A stretch of 64,000 bases of DNA from a virus (lineage: Duplodnaviria > Caudoviricetes): positions 841-64,840 of the IMG/VR virus record IMGVR_UViG_3300005533_000226. One strand, 5' to 3'. Each line of letters starts with the position of its first letter. Within the stretch, counting starts at the first letter, position 1. Position numbers and translations under genes: made by a program. Below, piece by piece: positions 55,876 to 64,000 of the stretch. The notes below the pieces were generated by a model. That model was not told where the DNA came from. It did no database searches and saw only the letters and a program-made list of their open reading frames with translations.

Positions 55876-56709
55876 ATGCAACCGAATTTTGAATCGCTCG
55901 CGCCGCAATACGCCAAATGGTTCGACTCGATGCACGTTACGCGCAAGAGCGAAATCGAGCGCACCGCCGACCGGCTCATCAAGCTGATCCCAATTTACAA
56001 GGACGTGGAAGCCGAAACCGGCGTGCCCGCCGTTTGGCTTGCGCCGATCAATGAGCGCGAGTCTAGCTCGAATTTCAGCACCTATCTCGGCAACGGCGAC
56101 CCTCTTTCGCGGAAGACGATTCACGTTCCCGCCGGGCGCGGCCCGTTCTTCGGCGAGCGTGCATGGCGTGACGGCGCCTGCGATGCGCTTCATCTCGATC
56201 ACATTGATCGCGTCAAGGACACGATTGGTTGGACCGTCGAGTCCAAGATGTATGAAGACGAATTGTGGAATGGCTTCGGCCCGCGCTTTCGCGGTCGCGT
56301 GACCGGCTACCTGATGGCCGGAACCGACATTTACACCGGCGGCAAATATATCGCTGACGGCGTTTGGTCGCCCAGCGCAATCGACACCCAGCTTGGCACC
56401 GTCCCGATGTATTGCGCGCTTGTCGAGCGCGATCCGTCGCTGGCGCTTCCTCGCTACGGCGTGATGGTGAAATCGGATACGCCAAGCGTTCCCGACTCCC
56501 GCCCCGATTTCATTCGCGATGCCAGCATTCTTCAGGCGGACCTCAACAAGCTGGTGCCCGGCGAAAACCTCATCATCGACGGCTCGATTGGCCGCATGAC
56601 GCGGCTCGCCATCAAGCATTTCCAAGAGAAACACGGCCTCGATGTCGATGGCATCGTTGGCGACGAAACCACACGCGCCATTCAATCGGCGCTTCAGGAA
56701 TTGCACTAA
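55876..56709 (+). CDS. Endolysin (lysozyme-like domain plus C-terminal peptidoglycan-binding domain)
   Basis: RESSSNF..YLGNGDP, WNGFG, GKYIADG; IDGSIG..T..AIKHFQ...VDGIVG..T. Confidence 0.88.
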   Translation: MQPNFESLAPQYAKWFDSMHVTRKSEIERTADRLIKLIPIYKDVEAETGVPAVWLAPINERESSSNFSTYLGNGDPLSRKTIHVPAGRGPFFGERAWRDGACDALHLDHIDRVKDTIGWTVESKMYEDELWNGFGPRFRGRVTGYLMAGTDIYTGGKYIADGVWSPSAIDTQLGTVPMYCALVERDPSLALPRYGVMVKSDTPSVPDSRPDFIRDASILQADLNKLVPGENLIIDGSIGRMTRLAIKHFQEKHGLDVDGIVGDETTRAIQSALQELH

Positions 56710-57230
56710 TGAACCGCGTTCGCGCTTTTTGCGTTCGCGGGCTGTTCGGCGCCGTCTTCTCGACGGGCATGAATGACCTTGCGAATGAGCTAAACACGAT
56801 CCCCGGCTGTTCGGCCACGGCCGAAGGCAACAGCCTTTTTCCGCTCGCCGTGATCGGCGACCTTACGCACGCCGCGATGGCGTCCGCTCTTTCGAGTGGT
56901 CGCAAGATTGTTCTTGTCGGGCATTCTTACGGCGGCTTTGCCGTTGAGTCGATTGCGGCTGGTCTTCGGCTGCACAACATCGACACGGCATTGCTCGTGA
57001 TGGTGGACACCACGAAGGATTCGCCATACGTGCCCGACAGCGGCGGCATCCGCATCCAATACTATCAGAGCATTGATCCGATGGGCGGCGGCACGCCCGA
57101 CAGCGTTCCGAATGCGCGCACTCCGCTTGAGCGGGTCAAGCTGAACCTCACCCACACAGAGATGGACAAGACTCCAATCGTTCATCAGCGCGTGATGGCT
57201 GAGGTGAAGAAAATCATCGCCGCCAACTGA
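56709..57230 (+). CDS. Small alpha/beta-hydrolase
   Basis: VLVGHSYGG nucleophile elbow; C-terminal H..MD. Confidence 0.8.
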   Translation: MNRVRAFCVRGLFGAVFSTGMNDLANELNTIPGCSATAEGNSLFPLAVIGDLTHAAMASALSSGRKIVLVGHSYGGFAVESIAAGLRLHNIDTALLVMVDTTKDSPYVPDSGGIRIQYYQSIDPMGGGTPDSVPNARTPLERVKLNLTHTEMDKTPIVHQRVMAEVKKIIAAN

Positions 57231-57243
57231 AAAGGATTCCGCC

Positions 57244-57435
57244 ATGGCCGCGCCTATGGAAAAAATGGTCGCTCACGTCAAGACAGTCAGCAGCGCATGG
57301 GGTCTCGATTTCCCGACTCTCGTGGCCGGGCTGATTGATATGGCGTCACGCATCGAGAAGCTTGAGGCCGATGTCGCGGCGATTGGTTCGCAGTTGGCGA
57401 AGGTGCAGCAGCCCACTGGCGGGGCCAAATCGTGA
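57244..57435 (+). CDS. Small coiled-coil protein
   Basis: Coupled to the next gene. Confidence 0.55.
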   Translation: MAAPMEKMVAHVKTVSSAWGLDFPTLVAGLIDMASRIEKLEADVAAIGSQLAKVQQPTGGAKS

Positions 57436-58190
57436 ATTTCAAGCGCAAGGGCTGGCGTCGCGACAGCCTCGATCATCGCGACCGTAGGCTTTCCCTTGCG
57501 CGCGCTCAGGCACCGCTACCCTCCCGCGTCGATCTAAGTCCGCGCTTCCCGGCCGTACACGATCAACTGAATTGCAATTCCTGCGTCGGTAATGCCGTCG
57601 CCGATCTTTCGCAATTCGTGACAGGCAAGCCGCAAGGGCCGTCGCGACTGATGATCTATTACGGCGCTCGAAAGCTTGAGGGTGATCCGGCGGCCGACAA
57701 CGGCTGCGAAATCAGAAACGGCATCAAGTCGCTTTCACGTTGGGCGGCCTGCACCGAAGCTGACTGGCCATATGACGTGTCTCGCGTTTCGCTGTCGCCA
57801 AACGCGAATGCCTATAACCACGCGGCAGCCATCGGCGATTACGCCAAGCTATATTTCCGGCTCGACCAAACGCTTGATCAGCTCCGCTCGATGTTGGCCG
57901 AAGGCTCGCCCTTCGTGTTCGGCTTCAGCGTATTTGAAAGCTTTGAGTCCGATGCCGTGGCGGCCAGTGGCGTCATGCCGATGCCGGTGCCGAATGAAGG
58001 AATCACCGGCGGCCATGCCGTCGCGGCTGTCGGTTATGACGATGATCAGCGCATGTTCATTGTCCGTAATAGCTGGGGAGCTGGCTGGGGAAGGTCCGGG
58101 TATTTCCTGATGCCATATGCATTCATCGAAAACCCGGACTATTGCGATGATTTTTGGGTGATCAAGTCCATCGGGCGCGGTGCGCCCTAA
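57432..58190 (+). CDS. Papain-family (C1) cysteine peptidase
   Basis: DQLNCNSCV, GGHAV, IVRNSWG..WG..GYF. Confidence 0.92.
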   Translation: MNFKRKGWRRDSLDHRDRRLSLARAQAPLPSRVDLSPRFPAVHDQLNCNSCVGNAVADLSQFVTGKPQGPSRLMIYYGARKLEGDPAADNGCEIRNGIKSLSRWAACTEADWPYDVSRVSLSPNANAYNHAAAIGDYAKLYFRLDQTLDQLRSMLAEGSPFVFGFSVFESFESDAVAASGVMPMPVPNEGITGGHAVAAVGYDDDQRMFIVRNSWGAGWGRSGYFLMPYAFIENPDYCDDFWVIKSIGRGAP

Positions 58191-58221
58191 TTCTCAAACC
58201 ACAAACCGAAAGAAGGAAACC

Positions 58222-58536
58222 ATGACCAAGAAGATTCTTGGCATCGTGTGCGCGGCTGCGCTCACGTTCGCCAATGCTGCCTGTACGCCGGAAGAGTCCG
58301 CTGCGACGGCGAAGAAGGTTCAGGACGCCGCCGTTGCGATTTGCGGCTTCCTCCCCGAAACCGCCGTTGTGACCAACATCCTCGACGCGAACACGGCTGG
58401 CGCCATCACCGGCGTTACCGCGATTGCTGAGGCTATCTGTCAGGCGGTGCTTCCGATGAAGGCTGGCGCCAAGCGTGGCGCTCCCGTGACCGCCGTGGTG
58501 AACGGCGTCCGCATCACCGGCCATTTCGTTCAGTAA
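58222..58536 (+). CDS. Lipoprotein, possibly spanin-like
   Basis: Signal peptide ending NAAC; located in the lysis cassette. Confidence 0.55.
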   Translation: MTKKILGIVCAAALTFANAACTPEESAATAKKVQDAAVAICGFLPETAVVTNILDANTAGAITGVTAIAEAICQAVLPMKAGAKRGAPVTAVVNGVRITGHFVQ

Positions 58537-58565
58537 GCGACGAAGCGGCTAACAGGGGAGTCTCA

Positions 58566-58775
58566 ATGACCTCTGATCTTGTTATCGCCCTGCTTCGCAC
58601 GTTCCTGCAAATGGCTGGCATCGCCCTCGCGGCGAAGCCCGGCCTAGTGACGCAGGATGCGTGGACGCAGTTTAGCAATGAGGTTGTCCAACTGGCGGGC
58701 CTTGCGATTTCGGCAGGCTCGTTTGTGTGGATGCTCGTTGCGCGCTGGAACACCAAGAGCGTTCCGGCGGCATAA
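58566..58775 (+). CDS. Holin
   Basis: 69 aa with two TM helices; LLRTFLQMAG. Confidence 0.7.
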   Translation: MTSDLVIALLRTFLQMAGIALAAKPGLVTQDAWTQFSNEVVQLAGLAISAGSFVWMLVARWNTKSVPAA

Positions 58776-58833
58776 GCACGCAAAGCGCGCCCCGGCCTCT
58801 CGGCCGGGGCGTTTCGCGTCAGAAGGAGCATTT

Positions 58834-59256
58834 ATGCTGTCTTCATATACGATGCGCACACGCCTGATCGAATGGATGCTGGCGATCCTGATGATCGTGT
58901 GGGGCGTCTCTGTTTTATTTCCACAGGTCACGGCACCTGTGTTGAATACCCTTTTCGGCGGCGACTTGCCGCTTGGCGCCATCGTTGTAAGCGTCGGATG
59001 CATCAGGATCATCGCGCTTCTCATCAACGGTCATTGGCGCCGTTCGCCGCTGTTGCGGCTTCTAGGTTCGATCCTTGGCCTGATGTTTTGGACGGCGGTT
59101 GGTATCGCCGCCGGGATGCATTTTTTCGGCATCTTCCCGGTCGCTGAGATTTATCCGACATCGTTCTTCTGGATCGTCTTCTTCCTGTTCGAGTTTTTCG
59201 CTGCGTTTAACAGCGCATGGGATTTATTCGAGCTGGGCGCAATTTACGGGGAATAA
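58834..59256 (+). CDS. Membrane protein (4 TM)
   Basis: Hydrophobic; ALLINGHWRRSPLLR. Confidence 0.65.
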   Translation: MLSSYTMRTRLIEWMLAILMIVWGVSVLFPQVTAPVLNTLFGGDLPLGAIVVSVGCIRIIALLINGHWRRSPLLRLLGSILGLMFWTAVGIAAGMHFFGIFPVAEIYPTSFFWIVFFLFEFFAAFNSAWDLFELGAIYGE

Positions 59257-59262
59257 CCGACG

Positions 59263-59580
59263 ATGGCCGCGCCTTCCGATCCGAACATTACCGCGCTGAG
59301 CGCCATCGCTGTCGCCTTGATCGGAGGCAGCGGATTGAGCGGCGTGATCGTGGCGATCATTGGTTATTTCAAGAGCAAGAGCGCCTATGCGCAGGCGAAG
59401 ACGAATTCCACCACGGCCGCGCTCGCTTCGATTGGATCGCAGCTCGGAGACCGTATGAGCATCGAAAGATTCCTTAGATTGTTTCAAGACCTGATCGACG
59501 AGATTCGTGAAATCAGAATGATGATGGAACTGAGCGGCAACGGCCGCACGCTCAGAAAAAAAATAGGAAAGAAGCGATAA
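59263..59580 (+). CDS. Membrane-anchored protein (holin or antiholin-like)
   Basis: One N-terminal TM helix and a basic tail. Confidence 0.55.
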   Translation: MAAPSDPNITALSAIAVALIGGSGLSGVIVAIIGYFKSKSAYAQAKTNSTTAALASIGSQLGDRMSIERFLRLFQDLIDEIREIRMMMELSGNGRTLRKKIGKKR

Positions 59581-59623
59581 GCCGCACGCCTTCCCCGTGT
59601 TCAATCTGCATCGGAGTTAAGGA

Positions 59624-60571
59624 ATGCCGAATCCCCGTTTCACGGACAGGGACTTTATTCGCGTTTTCGAGAAACATGGCGCCGAAGGTGCGGCGCGCAG
59701 ATTCAAGATGCCGGTGCGTTCGGTTTACTTACGGCGATCCAACGTCGAGAAGCGCATCGGCCGCCAGCTCAGGTCGCCCAACGGCGGAAACGTATTCCGG
59801 CCGGATCGGACGCATCCACAGCGAGCTGAGATGAAGGTGAGGAACGGCAGCGTTTTGATCGGCAGCGATGGCCACTATTGGCCGGGCAAAGCTACCACGG
59901 CGCATCGTGCGTTTGTGAAATTCAGCTCGATGCTGAAGCCGGTTGGAATCGTCTTCAATGGCGATGCTTTCGATGGCGCGAGGATTTCGCGGCATCCGCC
60001 TATCGGCTGGGAAGACAACCCCACGGTCGAGCAAGAGATTGAGACCACCAAGGAACGCCTCGGCGAGATTGAGGAAGCTGCGCCGGATGCGCGGAAGGTT
60101 TGGACGCTCGGCAACCATGACGCCAGATTCGAGACTCGTCTTGCGACCGTGGCGCCTGAATACGCGCGCATCCACGGTTTCCATCTCCGTGATCATTTCC
60201 CCGTTTGGGAACCGGCTTGGTCATGCTGGATCAACGATAGCGTGGTGGTGAAGCACCGCTTTCGTGGCGGCACGCACGCCACCTACAACAATACGCTGAA
60301 CGCTGGGAAGACCGTTGTGACCGGCCACCTGCATTCGCTGAAGGTGACGCCGTTCAACGATTACAACGGAACGCGCTACGGCGTGGACACCGGCTGTCTT
60401 GCCGATCCTGATGGTCCGCAATTCATGGACTACAGCGAAGACAATCCGCGCAATCACCGCGCTGGCTTCATCGTGCTGACGTTCCACAAGGGCGTGCTGT
60501 TGTGGCCTGAGCCTGTCGCCGTGATCGCGCCGGGCAAGGTGCAATTCCGGGGGCAAATCTTCAGCGTGTGA
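59624..60571 (+). CDS. Calcineurin-like metallophosphoesterase
   Basis: SDGH, NGDAFD, GNHD, KH, GHLH. Confidence 0.88.
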   Translation: MPNPRFTDRDFIRVFEKHGAEGAARRFKMPVRSVYLRRSNVEKRIGRQLRSPNGGNVFRPDRTHPQRAEMKVRNGSVLIGSDGHYWPGKATTAHRAFVKFSSMLKPVGIVFNGDAFDGARISRHPPIGWEDNPTVEQEIETTKERLGEIEEAAPDARKVWTLGNHDARFETRLATVAPEYARIHGFHLRDHFPVWEPAWSCWINDSVVVKHRFRGGTHATYNNTLNAGKTVVTGHLHSLKVTPFNDYNGTRYGVDTGCLADPDGPQFMDYSEDNPRNHRAGFIVLTFHKGVLLWPEPVAVIAPGKVQFRGQIFSV

Positions 60572-60629
60572 TGTTGGTGAAAGTGCTGTCAATCCGTATC
60601 TTGCAAACATCATCAGGTGACTCGACTCC

Positions 60630-61127
60630 ATGCAATGTCCGCGATGGATTCTTGAACTATTGCGGCGGTGGTGCATTCGCATCGTCGCATCGCGCCCGGC
60701 CGACTTTTCGGTTGGGCCTTCGCACGATCCCTATATGGATCGGTGGCACATCCTGAAGACGCGCTTTGGCGGCGTCTATGTCCATCTGTTCCACCACGAT
60801 GACGATGACCGCGCGATTCACGATCACCCGTGGTCTTCCATCTCTCTGCTTTTGCAGGGCACACAACGCGAGATATACGCCGCGCCCGGCAGCGATCCGA
60901 AGGACGCTTTGCAGCATTCATTTCGCACGCTGAGAGAAGGCGCGATTACGGTACGCCCGGCCAGCTTTGCCCACCGCATCGAGCTGACATCGTTCAAGGC
61001 GATGACGCTTTTCATCGTGGGGCCGAAGACTCGCGAGTGGGGCTTTTGGTGTCCGAAAGGATTCCGCCACTGGATCGAATACTGCAAGCCCGATGCTATG
61101 GGCGAAATCGGGCGAGGGTGCGAGTGA
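60630..61127 (+). CDS. Cupin-fold protein
   Basis: HLFHHDDDDRAIHDHPW...HRIEL...REWGF. Confidence 0.75.
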   Translation: MQCPRWILELLRRWCIRIVASRPADFSVGPSHDPYMDRWHILKTRFGGVYVHLFHHDDDDRAIHDHPWSSISLLLQGTQREIYAAPGSDPKDALQHSFRTLREGAITVRPASFAHRIELTSFKAMTLFIVGPKTREWGFWCPKGFRHWIEYCKPDAMGEIGRGCE

Positions 61128-61330
61128 AGCAATCGCGCGGGATGTCTCTTGCCGAAAGCGTCGCGAATGCCGTCTTTGGTTTCGCGATAGCTCTTGGTCT
61201 CAATTACGCGCTCGTGCGTGATGTTCAGCTCACGTTGGCGTTGTTTGTAGCGTTCACGCTTGCGTCTATGGCGCGTTCATATGTGATCCGACGCGCTTTT
61301 GAATTCATCAGGACAAGGGGGATTCAGTGA
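61124..61330 (+). CDS. Small membrane protein
   Basis: QSRGMSLAES...FTLASMARSYVIRRAF. Confidence 0.65.
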   Translation: MKQSRGMSLAESVANAVFGFAIALGLNYALVRDVQLTLALFVAFTLASMARSYVIRRAFEFIRTRGIQ

Positions 61331-62145
61331 CCGTTGTGATCGACAAACCGAAGGCTACCAGCGCGGCCACCACGGCATTCTGTGCAACGAAGATTTATGG
61401 GCCTTCTGACGGCTTCCTGTGGATCGACGGCAACGGAAAGATTACCGCCAATAATGGAACGCTCGACGATCCCAAGCCCAATGCCTTCAGCCTTGTCGAA
61501 ATCCAAGACTGTCCCGGCTCGACAGAGGTATGCCGCGCTGCCTGCTATGTCCACGGCCTGAAGAAGCACGCGCCAGCTACGCACGCGCTATACGTTCACA
61601 ACTCGAAAATGATCCGGCAAATCCTCGCCACCAAGGGGCCGGAAAATCGTTGGTCGCTGATCGTCGGCCAGTGGATCGAAAAGAATTGCCAAGGCGGCTT
61701 CCGGTGGCACGTCAGCGGCGATGTCTTCTCTCTGGAATACGCCTATTGGATCGCGCAGGTTGTCGGCTTCTCGACCACGGTTGATCACTGGATTTACACG
61801 CGGTCATTCGATTTCATCGGGCCGCTTGTCGCTATGAGCCGTCAGCGCGGCGGGAATCTCGCTATCAATCTATCGTGCGACAGCGAGAATTATTTCAAGG
61901 CGCTCAGGCTTGCGAACGAATTCAAGCTGCGCCTGTGCTATCTGACGCGCGACGGCCGCGTGCCCGAAAACCTGCCGGACGGCAGCGTGATCTTTCCCGA
62001 CTACAATCTGCGCGGCGGCACGGCTGAGGGCGCTGCTTGGTTCGCCAATCTCCCGGCGCATTACAAGTCATTTGTGTGCCCGGTGGATTTCCACGGCAAG
62101 AGTGACCGCCGCCGGTGCGGCCCGTGTGATCGGTGCATGTTCTAA
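61327..62145 (+). CDS. GP88-like Cys-rich protein (probable Fe-S, radical-SAM-like)
   Basis: FSL...CPG...C...CY, FRWHVSGD, WIYTRS, terminal CPxD...CGPCDRC. Confidence 0.7.
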   Translation: MTVVIDKPKATSAATTAFCATKIYGPSDGFLWIDGNGKITANNGTLDDPKPNAFSLVEIQDCPGSTEVCRAACYVHGLKKHAPATHALYVHNSKMIRQILATKGPENRWSLIVGQWIEKNCQGGFRWHVSGDVFSLEYAYWIAQVVGFSTTVDHWIYTRSFDFIGPLVAMSRQRGGNLAINLSCDSENYFKALRLANEFKLRLCYLTRDGRVPENLPDGSVIFPDYNLRGGTAEGAAWFANLPAHYKSFVCPVDFHGKSDRRRCGPCDRCMF

Positions 62146-62159
62146 TGCAGGGAGTCTCG

Positions 62160-62699
62160 ATGAAGCCAATCATCGCCTTTTCCGGCTTGGCGCGTTCTGG
62201 CAAATCGACCGCGCTTAATATCCTCGTGAACAAATACGGCTTTACACCGATCCCGCTGGCGGCTCCGCTAAAGCGAATGCTGATCGCATTGGGCCTTACT
62301 GAAGCGCAGGTCTATGGCGATCAGAAGGAAACGCCCTGCGAGCTGCTTTGTGGCAAGACGCCGCGCTGGGCGATGCAAACGCTTGGCACGGAATGGGGCC
62401 GCGACATCATAGCGCCCGATCTATGGACGAGGGCATGGGAGAGTGCGGCGGCCAAGGCTGGCGGCTTTGGCGTCACCTGCGATGACGTGCGCTTTCCTAA
62501 CGAGGTCGCGATGATCCGCAAGAACGGCGGTATCATCATTCGCATCGAGCGCAATGGCGCCGGTCTCAACGATGGCCACGTTTCGGAAAGCATGAACATC
62601 GAATTTGATTACCTGATCAGGAACACGGGCACGCTTGATAGCTTTGCCGCCCGCGTTCGCGCAATCGCTGATCAGCACATCTTCAAAGAAGCTGCCTGA
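62160..62699 (+). CDS. Deoxynucleoside monophosphate kinase
   Basis: GLARSGKST, LAAPLK, TPRWAMQTLGTEWGR, DDVRFPNE, HVSE. Confidence 0.9.
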   Translation: MKPIIAFSGLARSGKSTALNILVNKYGFTPIPLAAPLKRMLIALGLTEAQVYGDQKETPCELLCGKTPRWAMQTLGTEWGRDIIAPDLWTRAWESAAAKAGGFGVTCDDVRFPNEVAMIRKNGGIIIRIERNGAGLNDGHVSESMNIEFDYLIRNTGTLDSFAARVRAIADQHIFKEAA

Positions 62700-62703
62700 T
62701 ACA

Positions 62704-62733
62704 CCCCGGCGCCAGTACGGCGTCGGGGCTTTT
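62704..62733 (+). terminator. Rho-independent terminator
   Basis: CCCCGGCGCC...GGCGTCGGGG followed by CTTTT. Confidence 0.7.
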
Positions 62734-62740
62734 CGTGTCT

Positions 62741-63112
62741 CTAGTGTTTGCCGTTCAGCTCAGGGAACGGCTTGAGCGCGCCGCATGGTTCTGTCCGTGC
62801 CGCCTCAGCCATGGTGCCGAATGATTCCGCGTGCGTCCGGCCGGGGAATTGAATTCCGATCAGTTGGATGCCGGTATAGCCGCCAAGCGCATTCTTGGCG
62901 TTCGCCTCGATGCATACGCAATCGCCGCTGCCGTCCCGGCATGTGAATGGCTGGCCGATCTTCGCATCTCTGATTGAACCGGGGTCGCGGAAGATGCGGT
63001 TGCGATCCGCAAGGATCAGCTTTTTGGCGGTGGCGACCGGCAGATTACTCGGCAGCTCTGCGCGCGCAGGCACCGTGAGCGCAAGCAGTATAAGGAGCGG
63101 CGTCAATTTCAT
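62741..63112 (-). CDS. Exported protein (moron-like)
   Basis: Signal peptide; RDPGSIRDA...VCIEANAKNALGGYTG. Confidence 0.7.
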   Translation of the reverse strand: MKLTPLLILLALTVPARAELPSNLPVATAKKLILADRNRIFRDPGSIRDAKIGQPFTCRDGSGDCVCIEANAKNALGGYTGIQLIGIQFPGRTHAESFGTMAEAARTEPCGALKPFPELNGKH

Positions 63113-63202
63113 GGGCCGGAAGATGGCCCGCGCGCTTTGTCGCATCAAGGTGAACAGATGCGAAACGCTCTGTGGTACAGATTGGTACTGATCCGGGTTG
63201 AT

Positions 63203-63217
63203 GTTCGCGTGACGTTC
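63203..63217. promoter_or_regulatory. Alphaproteobacterial LexA (SOS) box
   Basis: GTTC-GCGTGAC-GTTC matches GTTC-N7-GTTC exactly. Confidence 0.6.
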
Positions 63218-63358
63218 TCTCCTTGTTTCATGCTTCGTCTCGCGAAATCCCTAGAAAAAGAGTGAGGCCGACTCCTGGGGGAAGAGCCGGCCTCCGCAAG
63301 CCCGGTCCGGGGACGGGGAGGGGTGGGGACGTGACCGGGTTGCGTTTCTTGCGCGCCT

Positions 63359-64000
63359 TCAGCGCGGCGATGCCACGTATGTAGTGGGCCGGTTGTCGCC
63401 TAGCGAGACCCACACATTCGGATCCGATTGCGACTGGCGCTTCACGTAGCGGTAGCCGGTGTCGGACCACGGGAGGATTTCCGCCTCCTGGTTATCGAGA
63501 ATGAATTCGCCCTTGTCGGTGCGCACGGTGAGCACGGCGTGGCCGTCGTTCTTCTTGTCGCGCACGACAGTGATGAGCAGCGCCTCGCGCGGCCAACCGA
63601 GCTGCATCAGCATGCGGCGTTTCAACAGCACGTAATCCTCACAGTCGCCATAGCCGTCTTCGGGATAGGCCCATTTCTCGATCACGCCGTAATGTTCGAG
63701 GTCGGTCATCGGCTTGACGTGATCGTTCACGTAGCGGTTGACCCGATCCATCTCCTTGAATGCAGCCTTGGTCAGCTGCACGTCACGCGGCGCGCTCGCT
63801 TCGGTCTTGCATTCCCAGGGCCGTTCCTCGCAGAACTGCACCCAGCCGATCGGCGGACGGGTCACTTCACCAACGGCTACGTAGGCCGTCCGTTCCGCCG
63901 CTTCCGTACCTGACGGAACGATGAGACTCGCAACTGCGAGTAAAAATGCCGCCCCGCCGCAAAGTCGCGTGGCGAAATTGAGATTTCGCTTGCACAACAT
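63359..64000 (-). CDS. Host transglutaminase-like cysteine peptidase (BTLCP, C93)
   Basis: PPIGWVQFC, GDCEDYVLLKR, GHAVL, ILDN. Confidence 0.92.
   Translation of the reverse strand: MLCKRNLNFATRLCGGAAFLLAVASLIVPSGTEAAERTAYVAVGEVTRPPIGWVQFCEERPWECKTEASAPRDVQLTKAAFKEMDRVNRYVNDHVKPMTDLEHYGVIEKWAYPEDGYGDCEDYVLLKRRMLMQLGWPREALLITVVRDKKNDGHAVLTVRTDKGEFILDNQEAEILPWSDTGYRYVKRQSQSDPNVWVSLGDNRPTTYVASPR

Larger units (their letters stand above)
1..63230. mobile_element. Temperate siphovirus-like prophage; left end and attL lie outside the window
   Basis: Complete lambdoid module order (int/xis, recombination, CI, replication, terminase, head, tail, lysis), followed by a host-type gene at 63359. The right boundary is approximate. 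Confidence 0.95.

Noticed and set aside
63230-63360. tRNA or tmRNA at the integration site
   Set aside because: No cloverleaf or T-loop consensus; only GC-rich hairpins consistent with the host gene terminator.

Overview
The window is almost entirely one temperate siphovirus-type prophage (HK97-fold capsid, probable cos packaging) in a GC-rich alphaproteobacterium, probably Hyphomicrobiales (GcrA, a GTTC-N7-GTTC LexA box and a BTLCP host gene). Left to right: integrase 5' end and excisionase; a leftward early/recombination operon (HNH genes, DEDDh exonuclease, SSB, Rad52/Sak); CI repressor; a rightward GcrA, MT-A70, RuvC, primase, DnaB operon; many small accessory genes; a candidate cos site; an inverted accessory island with DUF932; terminase, head and tail genes; lysis genes; nucleotide-metabolism genes; the probable attR; and one host gene. 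The main discovery is at 3860-5113 (- strand). This gene encodes an IS110/Nop-domain protein with no nuclease or recombinase domain. Its 5' coding region holds six 46-nt RNA stem-loops, each with an 8-bp stem of different sequence, an exactly 30-nt loop, and two variable ~9-nt segments behind CCA/YCA motifs spaced 18 nt apart. All units are spaced in multiples of 3. This looks like a stem-loop TIGR-Tas-like RNA-guided system whose guide array lies in frame inside its own effector gene. All protein assignments come from motif recognition by eye, with no database search.
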